Of a stretch of DNA of 64,000 bases, positions 1 to 12,365 are shown one piece after another. Source of the DNA: the human T2T-CHM13v2.0 reference genome, Homo sapiens. Made by a program: the position numbers and the translations under genes. Numbering within the stretch: the first letter of the stretch is position 1; each line of letters starts with the position of its first letter. The notes below the pieces were generated by a model. The model did not search any database. It had not been told where the DNA came from and was given only the letters and a program-made list of their open reading frames with translations. The DNA lies in NCBI RefSeq assembly GCF_009914755.1, contig NC_060933.1. One strand, 5' to 3'.

Positions 1-494
1 TATTTAATCATATCCTGAATATTTTAATATTATGTTATGAGATTCTGGGTCTCCTTTAAATCCTATTGAAAGTGCTGATATTTTGTTTTAGTTTACAGTT
101 AACCTGGGGAGGCTCAGATAACAAGATGTAACCAACCTTCCGTGGGTATTGATTCCAATGTTAATTCAAGTTTCAAAGTTTCTGCAATACTATTACAGTT
201 TTTCCTGTGTGTGAGCTCCTCACTGGTCAATCTGGGATATGGGTAGTATTCTATCTGAGATATCCTTACTAATGAAGTTCAGATTCATGGGTGAGCAGCT
301 CAGGAGTGAGCCCAGAAGTTCCTAAGCCCTTTGCTCCCCACATGTCCCCCATTACATTCTGGTTTTCTGGGGCTCCCTTTTTTAGACCTCTGCCCCTGAA
401 GCTGGGACTTGAATTATCCTGCTCTCCTATACACTTCTGTGAGTGTCCTTGCATCTAGGTCAACTAGGAAAACAGAAGCATAGGAAAGTCAAGG

Positions 495-1220
495 TGAAAC
501 TATTTTAAAATCAGTTCCATCTTAAAACTAGCAAGGACATTCCTTGTCAGTCACCATCAGTAGTCATAAGATGTTTACAGTAAGGAAGCAGTTCAGTAAT
601 GCCTGCAAGGACAAATTCTTACAAGAGTAGAATGTCCAGATGTCCTGATATTGCATAACAATATATGCTTTTAAGATAGTTAAAAGCCATGCTTTGATGC
701 ACGTATGCACTAAAATGCTAAGAACAACTATCTTTCAGTCAACTCAACAAAGTACTAAATTTTGTCATGTTTACATTAAGGAACCAGTTCAGTAATCCCT
801 GCAAGGACAAACTCTTACAACAGCAGAATGTCCAGATGTCCTGATACTGCATAACAATATATGCTTTTAAGTTAGTTATAGTCATGGTTTGATGTACTTA
901 TGCACTAAAATGCTAAGAATAACTGTCTTTCAATCAACTCAACAAAGTACTAAATTTTATCATGACCACACACCCGCATGTAGACATAATTAGCTCAGCT
1001 TTTTCATATATAAGACCCCTATATGAGAAGGGTTTAAAACAGATGGCACATTCCTCCTCTTACTTTCTGAAGACACCCTATTGTGCATCTGAGTAACTTT
1101 CAATAAACTATCTCTTCTCACTGCACTCTGTGACGTGTCTTGAATTTTGAATTCCTTCCTGTGTGAGATCCAAGAACCCTCTCTTGGGATCTGGAATTGG
1201 GACCTCTTTTTCTGGCATCA
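495..1220 (+). mobile_element. Solo ERV1-class LTR with internal 196-bp tandem duplication
   Basis: Starts TG (495) and ends CA (1220); AATAAA near 1102; 3' end gagatccaagaaccctctcttgggatctgga..gggacc is typical of MER4-group ERV1 LTRs. Subfamily not determined; no clean TSD. Confidence 0.7.
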
Positions 1221-1691
1221 AAATGACAGGAGGACAAAGAGGTTTTGCCCCCATCCTCCTAGATTTACAAGTCCTCCATTAAGATAAGAAGGTTCTTTTT
1301 CCTCCAAGGTTTGGCTCCTGCAGATTCCTGTTGCATTACAAACTCTACCGTGGCTGCCACTGTCAAGAGATTGCCTAAGGGTGGGGAAGTAAGAAAACAG
1401 AGAGAAGAAAGACAAATGGAATTTCTCTCTCTCTCTTTCCCACTCTCTAAGGTAGAATTTGAATGCCACTTCTGGAGCTCTCTCTGTCTGCATCCATGCT
1501 TACTTGGGGTTTCAGGCTGTATTGAATTAACACCAGGGGATCCTAGAGGGGAATAAAACTGGTAAAAAAAACTCACTACTGCTTCCATGGCACTTTAAAT
1601 TCTAACCTTCTGCCCAAAACCACCTGCTACTATTAACTTTTCAGTGCCCTCAAATTATGGCTCCATGCACTCTGTGCAGATTTTATAGTTG

Positions 1692-2383
1692 TGTAACTGC
1701 TCAGTGGGTTCACCTTTCCCACTGCCTAGACAGAGCAGATTCATCAAGACAGGGGAATTGCAATTCGGAAAGAGTAATTCATGCAGAGCTAGCTGTGCAG
1801 GAGACCAGAGCTGTATTATTACTCAAATCAGTCTCCTGTAAGCATTCAGAGATCACAGTTTTCAGGGACAATTTTGTGGGTGGGGGAAGGCCAGTGAGTC
1901 GGGAATGCTGATTGGTTGGGTCGGAGATGAAATCATAGGGAATTGAAGCTGCCCTCTTGTGCTGAGTCAGTTCCTGGGTGGGAGCCACAAGATCAGATGA
2001 GCCAGTTTATTGATCTGGGTGATACCAGCTGATCGATCAAGTATGGGATCTGCAAAATATCTCAATCACTGATCTTGGGAACAGTTTAGAGAGGGTCAGA
2101 ATCTTGTAGTCTCCAGCTGTATTACTCCTAAACCCTAATTTCTAATCTTGTGGCTACTTTGTTAGTCCTGCAAAAGCATTCTAGTCCCCAGGCAAGAAAG
2201 ATGTTTGTTTGGGAAAGGGCTGTTATCATATTTGCTTTAAACTATAAACTAAGTTTCTCTGAAGTTAGTTCAGCCTAATGCCCAGGAATGAACAAGGACA
2301 GCTTGGAGGTTAGAAGAAAGATGGAGTTGGTTAAGTCAGATCTCTTTCACTGTCTCAGTTACAATTGTGCAATGGCAGTTTCA
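1692..2383 (-). mobile_element. LTR8 solo LTR (ERV1)
   Basis: Reverse strand begins TGAAACTGCCATTGCACAATTGTAACTGAGACAGTGAAAGAGATCTGAC, as in LTR8; 692 bp; TG..CA termini; 4-bp TSD gttg/gctg. Confidence 0.85.
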
Positions 2384-2404
2384 GCTGCATTCAGTGGGAT
2401 GGGC

Positions 2405-2522
2405 TGGGCTTAATACCTAGTTGACGGGATAATCTGTGCACCCAACCTTCACGGCACACGTTTACCTATGTAACAAACCTCCACATCCTGCACATGTACC
2501 TTGGAACTTAAAATAAAAGTTA
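2405..2522 (+). mobile_element. Short L1PA 3' terminal fragment
   Basis: ggcacacgtttacctatgtaacaaacct..gcacatgtacc..gaacttaaaataaaagt matches the primate L1 3' end. Confidence 0.8.
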
Positions 2523-2633
2523 ATTCAGAATAAATGGATTTAAGTCAGGGTGGAGTGTGCTTACTCCATTTTACTCAGAACTAGATTCATTACTTTATGT
2601 TTTGAATAACAATTGTATTTTGTTCCTCAATTA

Positions 2634-2784
<151 letters not shown>

Positions 2785-3139
2785 TAAAAGTCACCTGTTC
2801 ATTCAAAGTTCGATACTTCTTAAGTAAGTTTTAGTAATTCATATTTTCTTAGGAAATTGTCCTTAAATTAGCACATCTTAAAATGTATTAACCAGAAAAT
2901 TTGAGTAGCATGTGCTTTGATTTATTGTATCCTCCTTCATACCTGTGGTGTTAGTTTCTTCCCAATATTGCGTATTGGTAATTTTACTGTTTTTTTCTTA
3001 ATTGCACCTGTAAATGTTTATCTATGTTGTTATGCTTTTTAGAGAACAAATGCTTAGACTCGTTTTCTGATACATTAAATTATGCTTTTATTCTGAACAA
3101 TGTCTTTTGTAGTTCCTTGACTTAAATCCATTTATTCTG

Positions 3140-6100
3140 AATTAACTTTTATTTGAAGTTCCAGGGTACACGTGCAGGATGTGGAGGTTTGTTACACAGG
3201 TAAACATGTGCCATGATGGTTTGCTGCACAGATTATCCCATCAACTAGGTATTAAGCCCACCACCTATTAGCTATTCTTCCTAAGGCACTCCCTCCTCCC
3301 ACCCCCCCACCCTCCCACGGGCCCCAGAGTGTGTTGCTTCCTGACATGTGACCATGTGTTCTCATCGTTCAGCTCCCACTTACAAGTGAGAACATGGGGT
3401 GTTTGGTTTTCTGTTGCTGCATTAGTTTGCTGAGGATAATGGCTTCCAACTCCATCCATGTTCCTGCAAAGGACATGATCTCATTCCTTTTTGTGGCAGC
3501 ATGTATTCCATGGTGTATATGCACCACATTTCCTTTATCCAGTCTATCATTGATGGGCATTTAGGTTGATTCCATGCCTTTGCCATTGCAGTGCTGCAAT
3601 GAACATAGGTTTGTATGTATGTTTATAATAGAATGATATGTATTCCTTTGGGTATATACCCAGTAATGGGATTGCTGGGTCCAATGGTATTTCTGTTTTT
3701 ATGTCTTTAAGGAATTGCTACACTGTCTCCCACAATGGTTAAGCTAATTTACACTTCCACCAACAGCATATAAGCATTCCTTTTTCTCCACAACCTCGAC
3801 AACATCTGTTGGTTTTTCACTATTTAATAGTAGACATTCTGACTGGCTGAGATGGTATCTCATTGTGGTTTTGATTTGTATTTCTCCAATGATCAGTGAT
3901 ATGAGCTTCTTTTCATATATTTGTTGGCCACATGTATGTCTTCTTTAGAGAAGTGTCTGTTCATGTCCTTTGCCTACTTTTTAATGGGGTTATCTGTTTT
4001 TTTTTCTTGTAAATTTGTTTAAGTTCCTTATAGACTCTGGATATTAGACCTTTGTAGAAGGATAGATTGCAAAACTTTTCTCCCATTCTGTACATTCTTT
4101 GTTCACTCTGATGATAGTTTCTTTTGCTGTGAAGAAGCATTTTAGTTTTATTTGATCCCATTTGTAACTTTTTGCACTTGTTGCAACTGCTTTTGGTGTT
4201 TTCTTCACAAAATTTTTGCCATGCCTATGTCCTGAATAATATTGCCTAGATTTTCTTCTAGGATTTTTATAGTTTGGGGTTTACATTTAAGTCTTTAATC
4301 CATCTTGAGTTGATTTTTGTATACAGTGTAACGAAGGTGCCTAGTTTCAATTTTCTGCATATGGCTAGCCAGTTCTCCCAGCACCATTTGATAAACAGGG
4401 AATCCTTTCCCCATTGCTTGATTTTGTGAGATTTGTCGAAGATCAGATGATTGTATGTGTGCAGTCTTATTTCTAGGTTCCCTATCTTGTTCCATTGGTC
4501 TATGTGTCTGTTCTTGTACCAGTATCATGCTGTTTTTGGTTACTGTAGCCTTGTAGTATAGTTTGAAGTTGGGTAGCGTAATGCCTCTAGCTTTGTTCTT
4601 TTTGCTTAGGATTGTCTTGGCTATTAAGGCTCTTTTTTGGTTCCATGTGAATTTTAAAAGTTTTTTTTTTCTGAATTGTGAAGAGTGTCAATGGTAGTTT
4701 AATGGGAATAGCATTGAATCTATAAATTGTTTTAGGCAGTATGGCAATTTTCACGATATTAATTCTCCCTATCCATGAGGATGGCATGTTTTTCCATTTG
4801 TTTGTGTCATCTCTGATTTCTTTGAGAAGTGTTTTATAATTCTCATTGTAGAGCTCTTTCACCTCCCTGGTTAGCTGTATTCCTAAGTATTTTATTTTAT
4901 TTTATTTTATTTGTGGCAGTTGTGAATGAGATTGCGTTCCTGATTTGTCTCTCAGCTTGGCTATTGTTGGTGTATAGAAATGCTAGTGATTTTTGTATGT
5001 TGGCATTGTTTCCTGAAACTTTGCTGAAGTTGTTTATCAGCTGAAGGAGTTTGAGGCCAAGACTCTAGGGTTTTCTAGATATAGAATCGTGTTATCTGAA
5101 AACAGTGATAATTTGATTTCCTCTCTTCCTATTTGGATGCCCTCTATTTCTTTCTCTTGCCCAATTACTCTGGCTGGGACTTCCAATACTATGTGGAATA
5201 AGAATGGTGAGAGAGGGTATCCTTGTCTTGTGCCAGTTTTTAAGGAGAATGCTTCCAGCTTTTCCCTAATCAGTATGATGTTGGTTTGGGGTTTGTCATA
5301 AATGGTTCTTATTATTTTGAGGTATATTCCTCCAACAACTAGTTTATTGAGAGTTTTTAACATGAAGGAATGTTGAATTTCATCAAAAGTCTTTTCTGTA
5401 TCTATTGAGATAATCATATGGCTTTTGTCTTTAGTTCTGTTTATGTGATAAATCACATTTATTGATTTGTGTATGTTGAATCAACTTTGCATCCTGGGGA
5501 TGAAGCCAAGTTGGTTGCGGTGAATAAGCTTTTTGATGTGCTGATGGATTTGGTTTGCCAGTATTTTTTTGCAAATTTTTGCATCAATGGTCATATTAGT
5601 TCATTTTCACCCTGCTGCAAAGACATACCAGAGACTAGGTAATTTATAAAGAAAAGAGATTTAATTGACTCACAGTTCCATATGACTGGGGAGTCCTCAG
5701 GAAATTTACAATCATGGTGGAAGGGGAAGCAGGCATGTCTTATGTGGTGGCAGGTGAGAGAGAGCATGTGAAAGAAGTGAAGGGGAAAGAGCCCCTTATA
5801 AAACCATCAGATCTCAGGAGAACTCACTCACTAACATGAGGAAAGCATGAGGGAAACAAATCCCATGATCCAGTCACCTCCAACCAGGTCTTTTCCTTAA
5901 CACCTGGGGATTACATTTTTGAGATAAGATTTGGGTGAGCACACAAAACCAAACCATATTATTCTGCTCTTTGCCCCTCCGAAACCCATGTCTTTACACA
6001 TTTCAAAACCAATCATGTCTTCCCAAAAGTTCTCCCAAAGTCAACTCATTCCAGCATTAACCCAAAAGTCCAAGTCCAAAGTCTCATCTGAGACCAGGCA

Positions 6101-9100
6101 AGTCCCTTCCACCTAGGAGCCTGTAAATAGCAAGTTAGTTACTTCCAGATAGAATGGGGGTATAGGCATTTGATAAATGCTCCCATTCCAAGTGGGAGAA
6201 ATTGGCCAAAACAAAGGGGCTACAGGCCCCATGCAAGTCTGAAATCCAGCAGAGCAATTATTAAATCTTAAAGCTCCAAGAGAATCTCCTTTAACTCCAT
6301 GTCTCACATCCATGGCACATTGATGCAAAGGGTGGGCTCCCATGGCCTTGGACAGCCCTGCCCCTATGGCCTTTCAGGGTAGCGTCCCCTTCCCCAGCTG
6401 CTTTCACTGCTGGCTTTTCCAGGCATGTGGTGTAAGCTGTCAGTGGATCTAGCATCCTGGGGTCTGGAGGATGGTGGCCCTCTTTTTATATCTCCACTAG
6501 GAAGTGCTCCAGTGGGGACTCTGTGTGAGTGTTTCAACCCCACATTTCCCCTTTGCACTGCCCTAGTGGAGGTTCTCCATGAGGGCTTTGCCTCTGCAGC
6601 AGAATTCTGGCTGGACATCTAGACATTTCCATATGTCCTCTGAAATGTAGGTAGAGGTTCCCAAACCTCAGTTCTTGACTTCTGTGCACCCATAGGCCCA
6701 ACACCATGTGGAGGCCACCAAGGCTTAGGGCCTGCACCCTCTGAAGCAATGGCCTGAGCTGTACCTTGGCCCCTTTTAGCCATGGCTAGAGCTGGAGTAG
6801 CTGGGACACAGGGTACCAAGTCCCTAGACTGCACAGAGCAGGGGGAACCCTGGGCCCAGCTCATGAAACCATATTTCCGTCCTAGTCCTGTGGGTCTGTG
6901 ATGGGAGGGGCTGCCATCAAGATCTCTGGTATGCCCTGGGAGACATCTTCACCAGTGTCTTGGCGATTAACATTTGCCTCCTAATTACTTATGCAAATTT
7001 CTGCAGCCAGCTTGAATTTCTCCCCAGAAAATTGGTTTTTCTTGTCTATCACATCATTAGGCTGCAAATTTTCCAAACTTCTATGTTCTGTTTCCTTTTT
7101 AAACATAAGTTCCAATTTCCGATTATCTCTTTCAGGTTTAAAGTTCCACAGATCTCTAGGGCAGGGACAAAATGCCTGCCAGTCACTTTGCTAAAGCATA
7201 GCAAGAGTGACCTTTGCTCCAGTTCCCAAGAAGTTTCTCATCTCCATCTGAGACCACCTCAGTCTGGACTTCACTGTCCACATCATTATCAGCACTTTGA
7301 TCAAAACCATTCAACAAATCTCTAGGAAGTTCTAAACTTTCCCACATCTTCCTATCTTCTTCTGAGCCCTCCAAACTGTCCCAACCTCTGCCTGTTACCC
7401 AATTCCAAAGTAAAGTTGCTTCCACATTTTTGGGTATCTTTATAGCAGTACTCCCTCTACCAGTACAAATTTACTGTATTAGTCCATTTCACACTGCTAC
7501 AAAGACATACCTGAGACTGGGTAACTTCAAAAGGAAAGAGGTTTAATTGACTCACAGTTCCACACGACTGGGGAGGCCTCAGGAACCTTACAATCATGGT
7601 GGAAGGGAAAGCAGGCATGTCTTACATGGTGGCAGGTGAGAGGGAGCATGGGTAGGAAGTGAAGAGCCCCTTCTAAAACCATCAGATCTCAAGAGAACTT
7701 CCTCACTATCACGAGAACATTACGGGGGAACCACCCCCATGACCTAATCACCTCCCACCAGGTCCCTCCCTCAACACCTGGGGATTACATTTTGAGATGA
7801 GATTTGGGTGTGGACACAAATGATTTCTGCCTTAATTTCATTATTTACCCAATAGTCATTCAGGAGCAAGTTGTTCAAGTTCCATGTAGTTGTATGGTTT
7901 TGAGTGAATTTCTTGGTCTTGAGTTCTAATTTGATTGCACTATGGTCTGAGAGATTGTTATGATTTCAATTCTTTTGTATTTGCTGAGGAATGTTTTACT
8001 TCCGATTATGTGATCAATTTTAGAGTAAGTGCCATGTGGCGATGAGAAGAATGTATATTCTGTTGTTTTGGGGCAGAGAGTTCTGTAGATGTCTACCAGG
8101 TTCACTTGATCCAGAGCTGAGTTCAGGTCCTGAATATCTTTGTTAATTTTCTGTCTTAGTGATCTGTCTAATACTGTCAAATGGCAGCCTGCTCCTTCCT
8201 CTGGAAACTCCATCTCAGATGGGTATCTGCCTGTTGTGGGCCTGGACATGCCTGTAGCAGGTGGTTGGAGACCTCTGTTGGGAGTTTTCACATAGGAGGA
8301 ACAGGATCAAGGAACCATTTAAAGAATCACTCTAGCACTTTTGGGTAGAGCAGGTGTGCTGTGTGTTGGGGATCCCTTCAGTCCCAGATCGCTGTGGGCT
8401 CTTCAGGGCTGGCAGCCTGGATTGACTGAGAAACTCGAATAGCCAAGATGGCAGCCTGCCCTGCCCCCCAGGCACTCCATCCCAGGAGGAAGTTAGAGCT
8501 TTGTTAGCCTTAGAACATGAGCGGGGAGTGGGTTGATGTCCCAGCTGGGAGGACCTGCCCCATGAGCAGGAGTGGATCGGGGATCCCACTTAAAGAAGCA
8601 GTCTGGCCACGATCTGGCAAAGTAGCTGTGCTGCACTCCAGATACTGTTTCTCATCTGGACCATTTGGAGTCTCCAAAGCCACTGAGCTGGAATAGCTGA
8701 GTCGACCAAATCACAGAGATTGTGGCAGCCCCTCCCCACAGGAGCTCCATTCCAGGGAGAGATCAGAGCTCCGTCCATACAAAACTTGCTGGGGGTGCTG
8801 TAGCCCCAACAGGGAGGTCCTGCCCGTTGAAGAGAAGTGGACTGGGGTCCTGCTTAATGAAGCAGTCTGGCCATGATCTGGCAAAGCAGCCGTGCTGCAC
8901 TGGAGGACCCTTCCTCTTCTGGACCATTTGAACTCTCCAAAGCCGGTGGGCTGGAAGGCTGAGTCTACCAAACCACAGAGATGGCAGCTGCCCCTCCCAC
9001 TGGGAGCTCCATCTCAGGCGGGCTCCACGCTGTTGCCATTGGCTGGCTGGAATTCCAAGCCAGTAGGTCTTATCTTGTGAAGTGCTCTGGAAGTGAAGCC

Positions 9101-9543
9101 CACAGACCGACGCTGCTTGGCTCCCTGGATTCAGCCTCCTTCCTAGGGGTATGTACCGACCTCCTGCCTTGCTGAGGATCCTAGGGCCGAATATGTAAAG
9201 CTCCTGGGTCTCTGTGCATGCCTGAGCAGCTGCTCTGCCGAGATTCCGCATAGCTCTGTGTGTCAGACCCAAGGCCCTGGTGGTGTGTGCTCACAAGGGG
9301 ATCTCCTGATGCAGGGGTTGCAAACATCCGTGAAAGAGGCCTGGTTTCTCAGGCATGGTTGCACAATCACTCACGGCTTCCCTTGGCTGGGGGTGGAGGG
9401 TTCCCTTGTCTCTGTGCCACTCCCGGGTGGGCCATCGCTCCACCCTGCTTTTCTTATTTCTTTGTGGGTCAAATTGATTGCCTAGTCAGTCCCAGTGCAA
9501 GATCCCAGATATTTCAGTTGAAGGTGCTGTATTTACTTACCCC
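3140..9543 (-). mobile_element. Older L1PA (approx. L1PA10-16) with two large internal deletions, interrupted by MSTA
   Basis: 3' UTR at 3143-3500; ORF2 pieces (ORFs 4587-4862 [15 protein letters not shown], 5037-5456 RT, 7926-8178 endonuclease DIYRTL..YSKIDH); GC-rich 5' UTR 8181-9543; candidate TSD ttattctg at 3132-3139 and 9544-9551. Confidence 0.9.
5592..7820 (-). mobile_element. MSTA-type ERVL-MaLR provirus (LTR-internal-LTR) nested in L1
   Basis: Two similar LTRs at 5592-5961 and 7475-7820 (tattagt..cattt..ctcaggaa.ttacaatcatgg), ~1.5 kb THE1/MST-type internal region, purine tract next to the 3' LTR. Confidence 0.9.
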
Positions 9544-10235
9544 TTATTCTGCTTTTTTAAATAGAGCTTTTACAGATAAAATTTTCCATTAACTAAATCT
9601 ATGTGTAGTATCATTATTATTTTCTAAACAATCTATAATTGGAGTTTATTTTCCTCTTTTGCCCAGAAATTATTGAAGTAATGGTGTGTTTTATTTTTAT
9701 GTTGTTTTTTTAACTTCAAGTGTTTATTTGTATGTTTTTTTTGACCTATTTTAAATTAATTCCTGACTTTATTTCACTGGAGTTAAAAACAGGCGTGTAC
9801 ATCCTCTGATCTTATTGAAATTTCTTGTGGCCTACTATATGACATGCAGTAAAACATACCATTAGATTTTGAGAAAAATAAACACTTTTGGTTGTAAGAT
9901 ATGTATAATTTATCTTATAAATCAACTTTATTACATACATTATCCAACTACTCTATATCCTTAGTCACTTTAATCTATTCCATCTGTTTGAGGCTGAAAG
10001 TCTGTTAAAATCTAGTACAGTTTTTGACCATTTATATTTGTATTTTTCCAGGGTTTGCTTTATATTTTTATGATGTTTTAAATTTTATGCATAAATGCTC
10101 ATATTTACATATTACTGTGAATAAACATTCATTTATTAACAATGTAACTTCATAACTTTAATAGCATAAAACCAGTCTTTATTCATCTAATATATTTACC
10201 TTGAATTCTATCTATGTCTGGATGACACTGCAGCT

Positions 10236-10378
10236 CTTTTTTTTTTTTTCCAGGAATGAAGAGTTTAATGTAGGATGTAGACTTTATATGGTAGTTGGGA
10301 GAACTGTAGGAGTGAGAGTCAGGGACATCACCAGCAGAGATCAGGGAATCTGCCACCACAGATCTGTGTCTGAAACAG
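10236..10378 (-). pseudogene. Short processed (retrotransposed) 3' end of an unidentified transcript
   Basis: Poly-T 10237-10249; ATTAAA on the minus strand at 10264-10269; flanking direct repeat ctggatgacactgcagct (10218-10235) / ctggatggcacttcagct (10379-10396). Confidence 0.7.
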
Positions 10379-10649
10379 CTGGATGGCACTTCAGCTTTTA
10401 TTATAATATTACTATTATTATTATTATTATTGTCATCACCATCATTACTATTTCCGATTTGCTTGGATATTTCTTTACTCTTTCTTTTTACCTTCTTTTT
10501 TAGTCTTTGTCTCTTTGAGATGCATTAGGATATTAACCCATTTTCACGAATTATTTTAACTAAAACATTTAGTTTCCTGTCACTTTATTCCAGGTTCTTT
10601 GTTTTTAATGCATGTTTGCCGCCTTCCTTTGTTCCCTTCCATTTTCTTT

Positions 10650-11050
10650 GCAGGGTAGATTGGACTCTACTCCTCAGTTCCATGGGAGGCATTGCTTCAA
10701 CACCCCTTAATTTGGGGCTCAGCCTTGTGACTTGCTTTAACAAACAAGATGTTCACAGAATCGCACAAGCTTGGGCTTGAAATGTATTAGCACAGTGAGC
10801 TCTCTCTTGAACCTCTGTTCTTGCCATAAGAAAAAACATGCCTGTATTAGCCCATTGGTCCCAGGAGACAGCAGGGAGATAAGGAATGCAGAGCCAAGTC
10901 TCCGTAGCCCAGCCCATAATAGCCAGGTGCAGGAGGGCCCCCAGCTGAGATGAGTAGAGCCACTCCTCCAAGCTGAGCCACTCCACTAAGCCCAGCCAGT
11001 GTGTGCTTATGATCGCACATACTAACATTTGTGGGGTTTTGTTGTTGTTA
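10650..11050 (+). mobile_element. MLT1-type MaLR LTR (old)
   Basis: ttggggctcagccttgtgacttgcttt and terminal tttgtggggttttgttgttgtta resemble MLT1 LTRs. Confidence 0.6.
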
Positions 11051-11139
11051 TCTCATTTGTGTATGCGTAGATGTATGTGTGTATTCATCTCTATGTGAAT
11101 ATAGATAACAGACAAATTGTATAACCATGAACTTGGATG

Positions 11140-11725
11140 TTGTGGCAAACACTGTTAGTTGAGTCCCCAGTAATCATACCCATCCCCTTTACCCTTGACA
11201 GGTTCTCACTACTACAGTGGCTGAAGAAAACAGAATCTTATTTTCTCAGAACCTCCACTTGCAGGACATGGTCATGTGATCCAATTTGACCAAAGAGACA
11301 TAAGGGGAAGTCAGTTGGATGCTTCTTGGAAAGGTTTTTCATCCCTGAGAAAGACAGGGAGTTCAATGAGACCTTTTCCTCAATGGTTCTCTCCAGTCCC
11401 TTTAATACAAACACCCTAGTTTCTGCCTTTTGGGGGGCCATGTGAGAATATAATGCCCTGAGCTGTCACAGTCTGCTTGTGACCTGAGGTGAAAGGGCTC
11501 GGAATGAAAAGCTAGCATAGTTCAATTCCCACCTATGAGTGAGAACATGCGGTGTTTGGTTTTTTGTTCTCGCGATAGTTTGCTGAGCCAACTAAAAAAA
11601 AAAAGCTAGCATAACACTGGTAACTCACAGAGCCAACTCTAGGACATTTATTGTGTTGACTTTCAAAATGATCAGGTGAAATCTTTTATTTCTTATTAAA
11701 TAGGACATTTCTTATCCATAGCCTT
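11140..11725 (+). mobile_element. Old ERVL/MaLR LTR (LTR16/LTR33/MLT1-like) interrupted by an L1 micro-insertion
   Basis: ggtcatgtgatccaatttgaccaaagagacataaggggaagtc..ggaaaggtttt motif. Confidence 0.55.
11520..11600 (+). mobile_element. Tiny 5'-inverted young L1PA insertion
   Basis: TSD aaaagctagcata (11507-11519 / 11601-11613); 68 bp antisense L1 3' sequence, then ccaact and a sense poly(A). Confidence 0.85.
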
Positions 11726-12144
11726 AATCATAAATGCTATGTAGACTTTTTCTCCTCTGTTCAGTGTGACCTTTGTCTTTCTATATGGAGAGACCTAGGG
11801 ACCGGTTCCTGAATCGTTGGCTGCTTTTAGGAAGTAGAAGGGTGTACTTGCTTCTTGGCCCTAGATTTCTCATTTGAGAAGTGTCCTTTTGTCTTTATTC
11901 TTTTCTCCACTGTGATTTCAGATCTGGTGTGTTTTGGAACATTAGGTGAGGTCCCTATGGGCAGACACCTGGTCCCTTGAGCAGCTTTTAGGGAAAGGAA
12001 ATTCCCTTGAGGATGAGTCATGCCGTGCATCCAATCCCTGGCTTGGATGTCTGTCACTCAGCCTTCTACCCCTCACCCACACAGTCCCTGGTACAGCCTT
12101 TGGTTGGGTATTTTGCACAGCCTCTGTTCCAGGCAGCCAATGGG

Positions 12145-12365
12145 ACACAGCTGGGGTGAGGTCAGTGAGTCACTTGCCTTGAGCACAAAACTTAATGAGG
12201 TGCCAACAACTTTAGTAATCAAGATAAATGACATCCTAACGCAATATTTTTAAAATAGCAGAATGAATGCAAACAAATGATTAACAAAATATCACAGTTT
12301 TAATTAACAAAAGGATCTGCCGTGCACTTGCATGACTTACCCTTCACTTGTTCCACCCTCACTGT
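12145..12365. mobile_element. MER96-like hAT non-autonomous DNA transposon
   Basis: ggggtgaggtcagtgag..cacaaaacttaa..agtaatcaagataaat with complementary end ttcacttgttccaccct. Confidence 0.55.

Noticed and set aside
6113-7425. Multiple overlapping ORFs
   Set aside because: They are broken remnants of the MaLR internal region.
8763-9272. Longest ORF in the window (169 aa, minus strand)
   Set aside because: It lies in the GC-rich L1 5' UTR monomers and shows no recognisable protein similarity.
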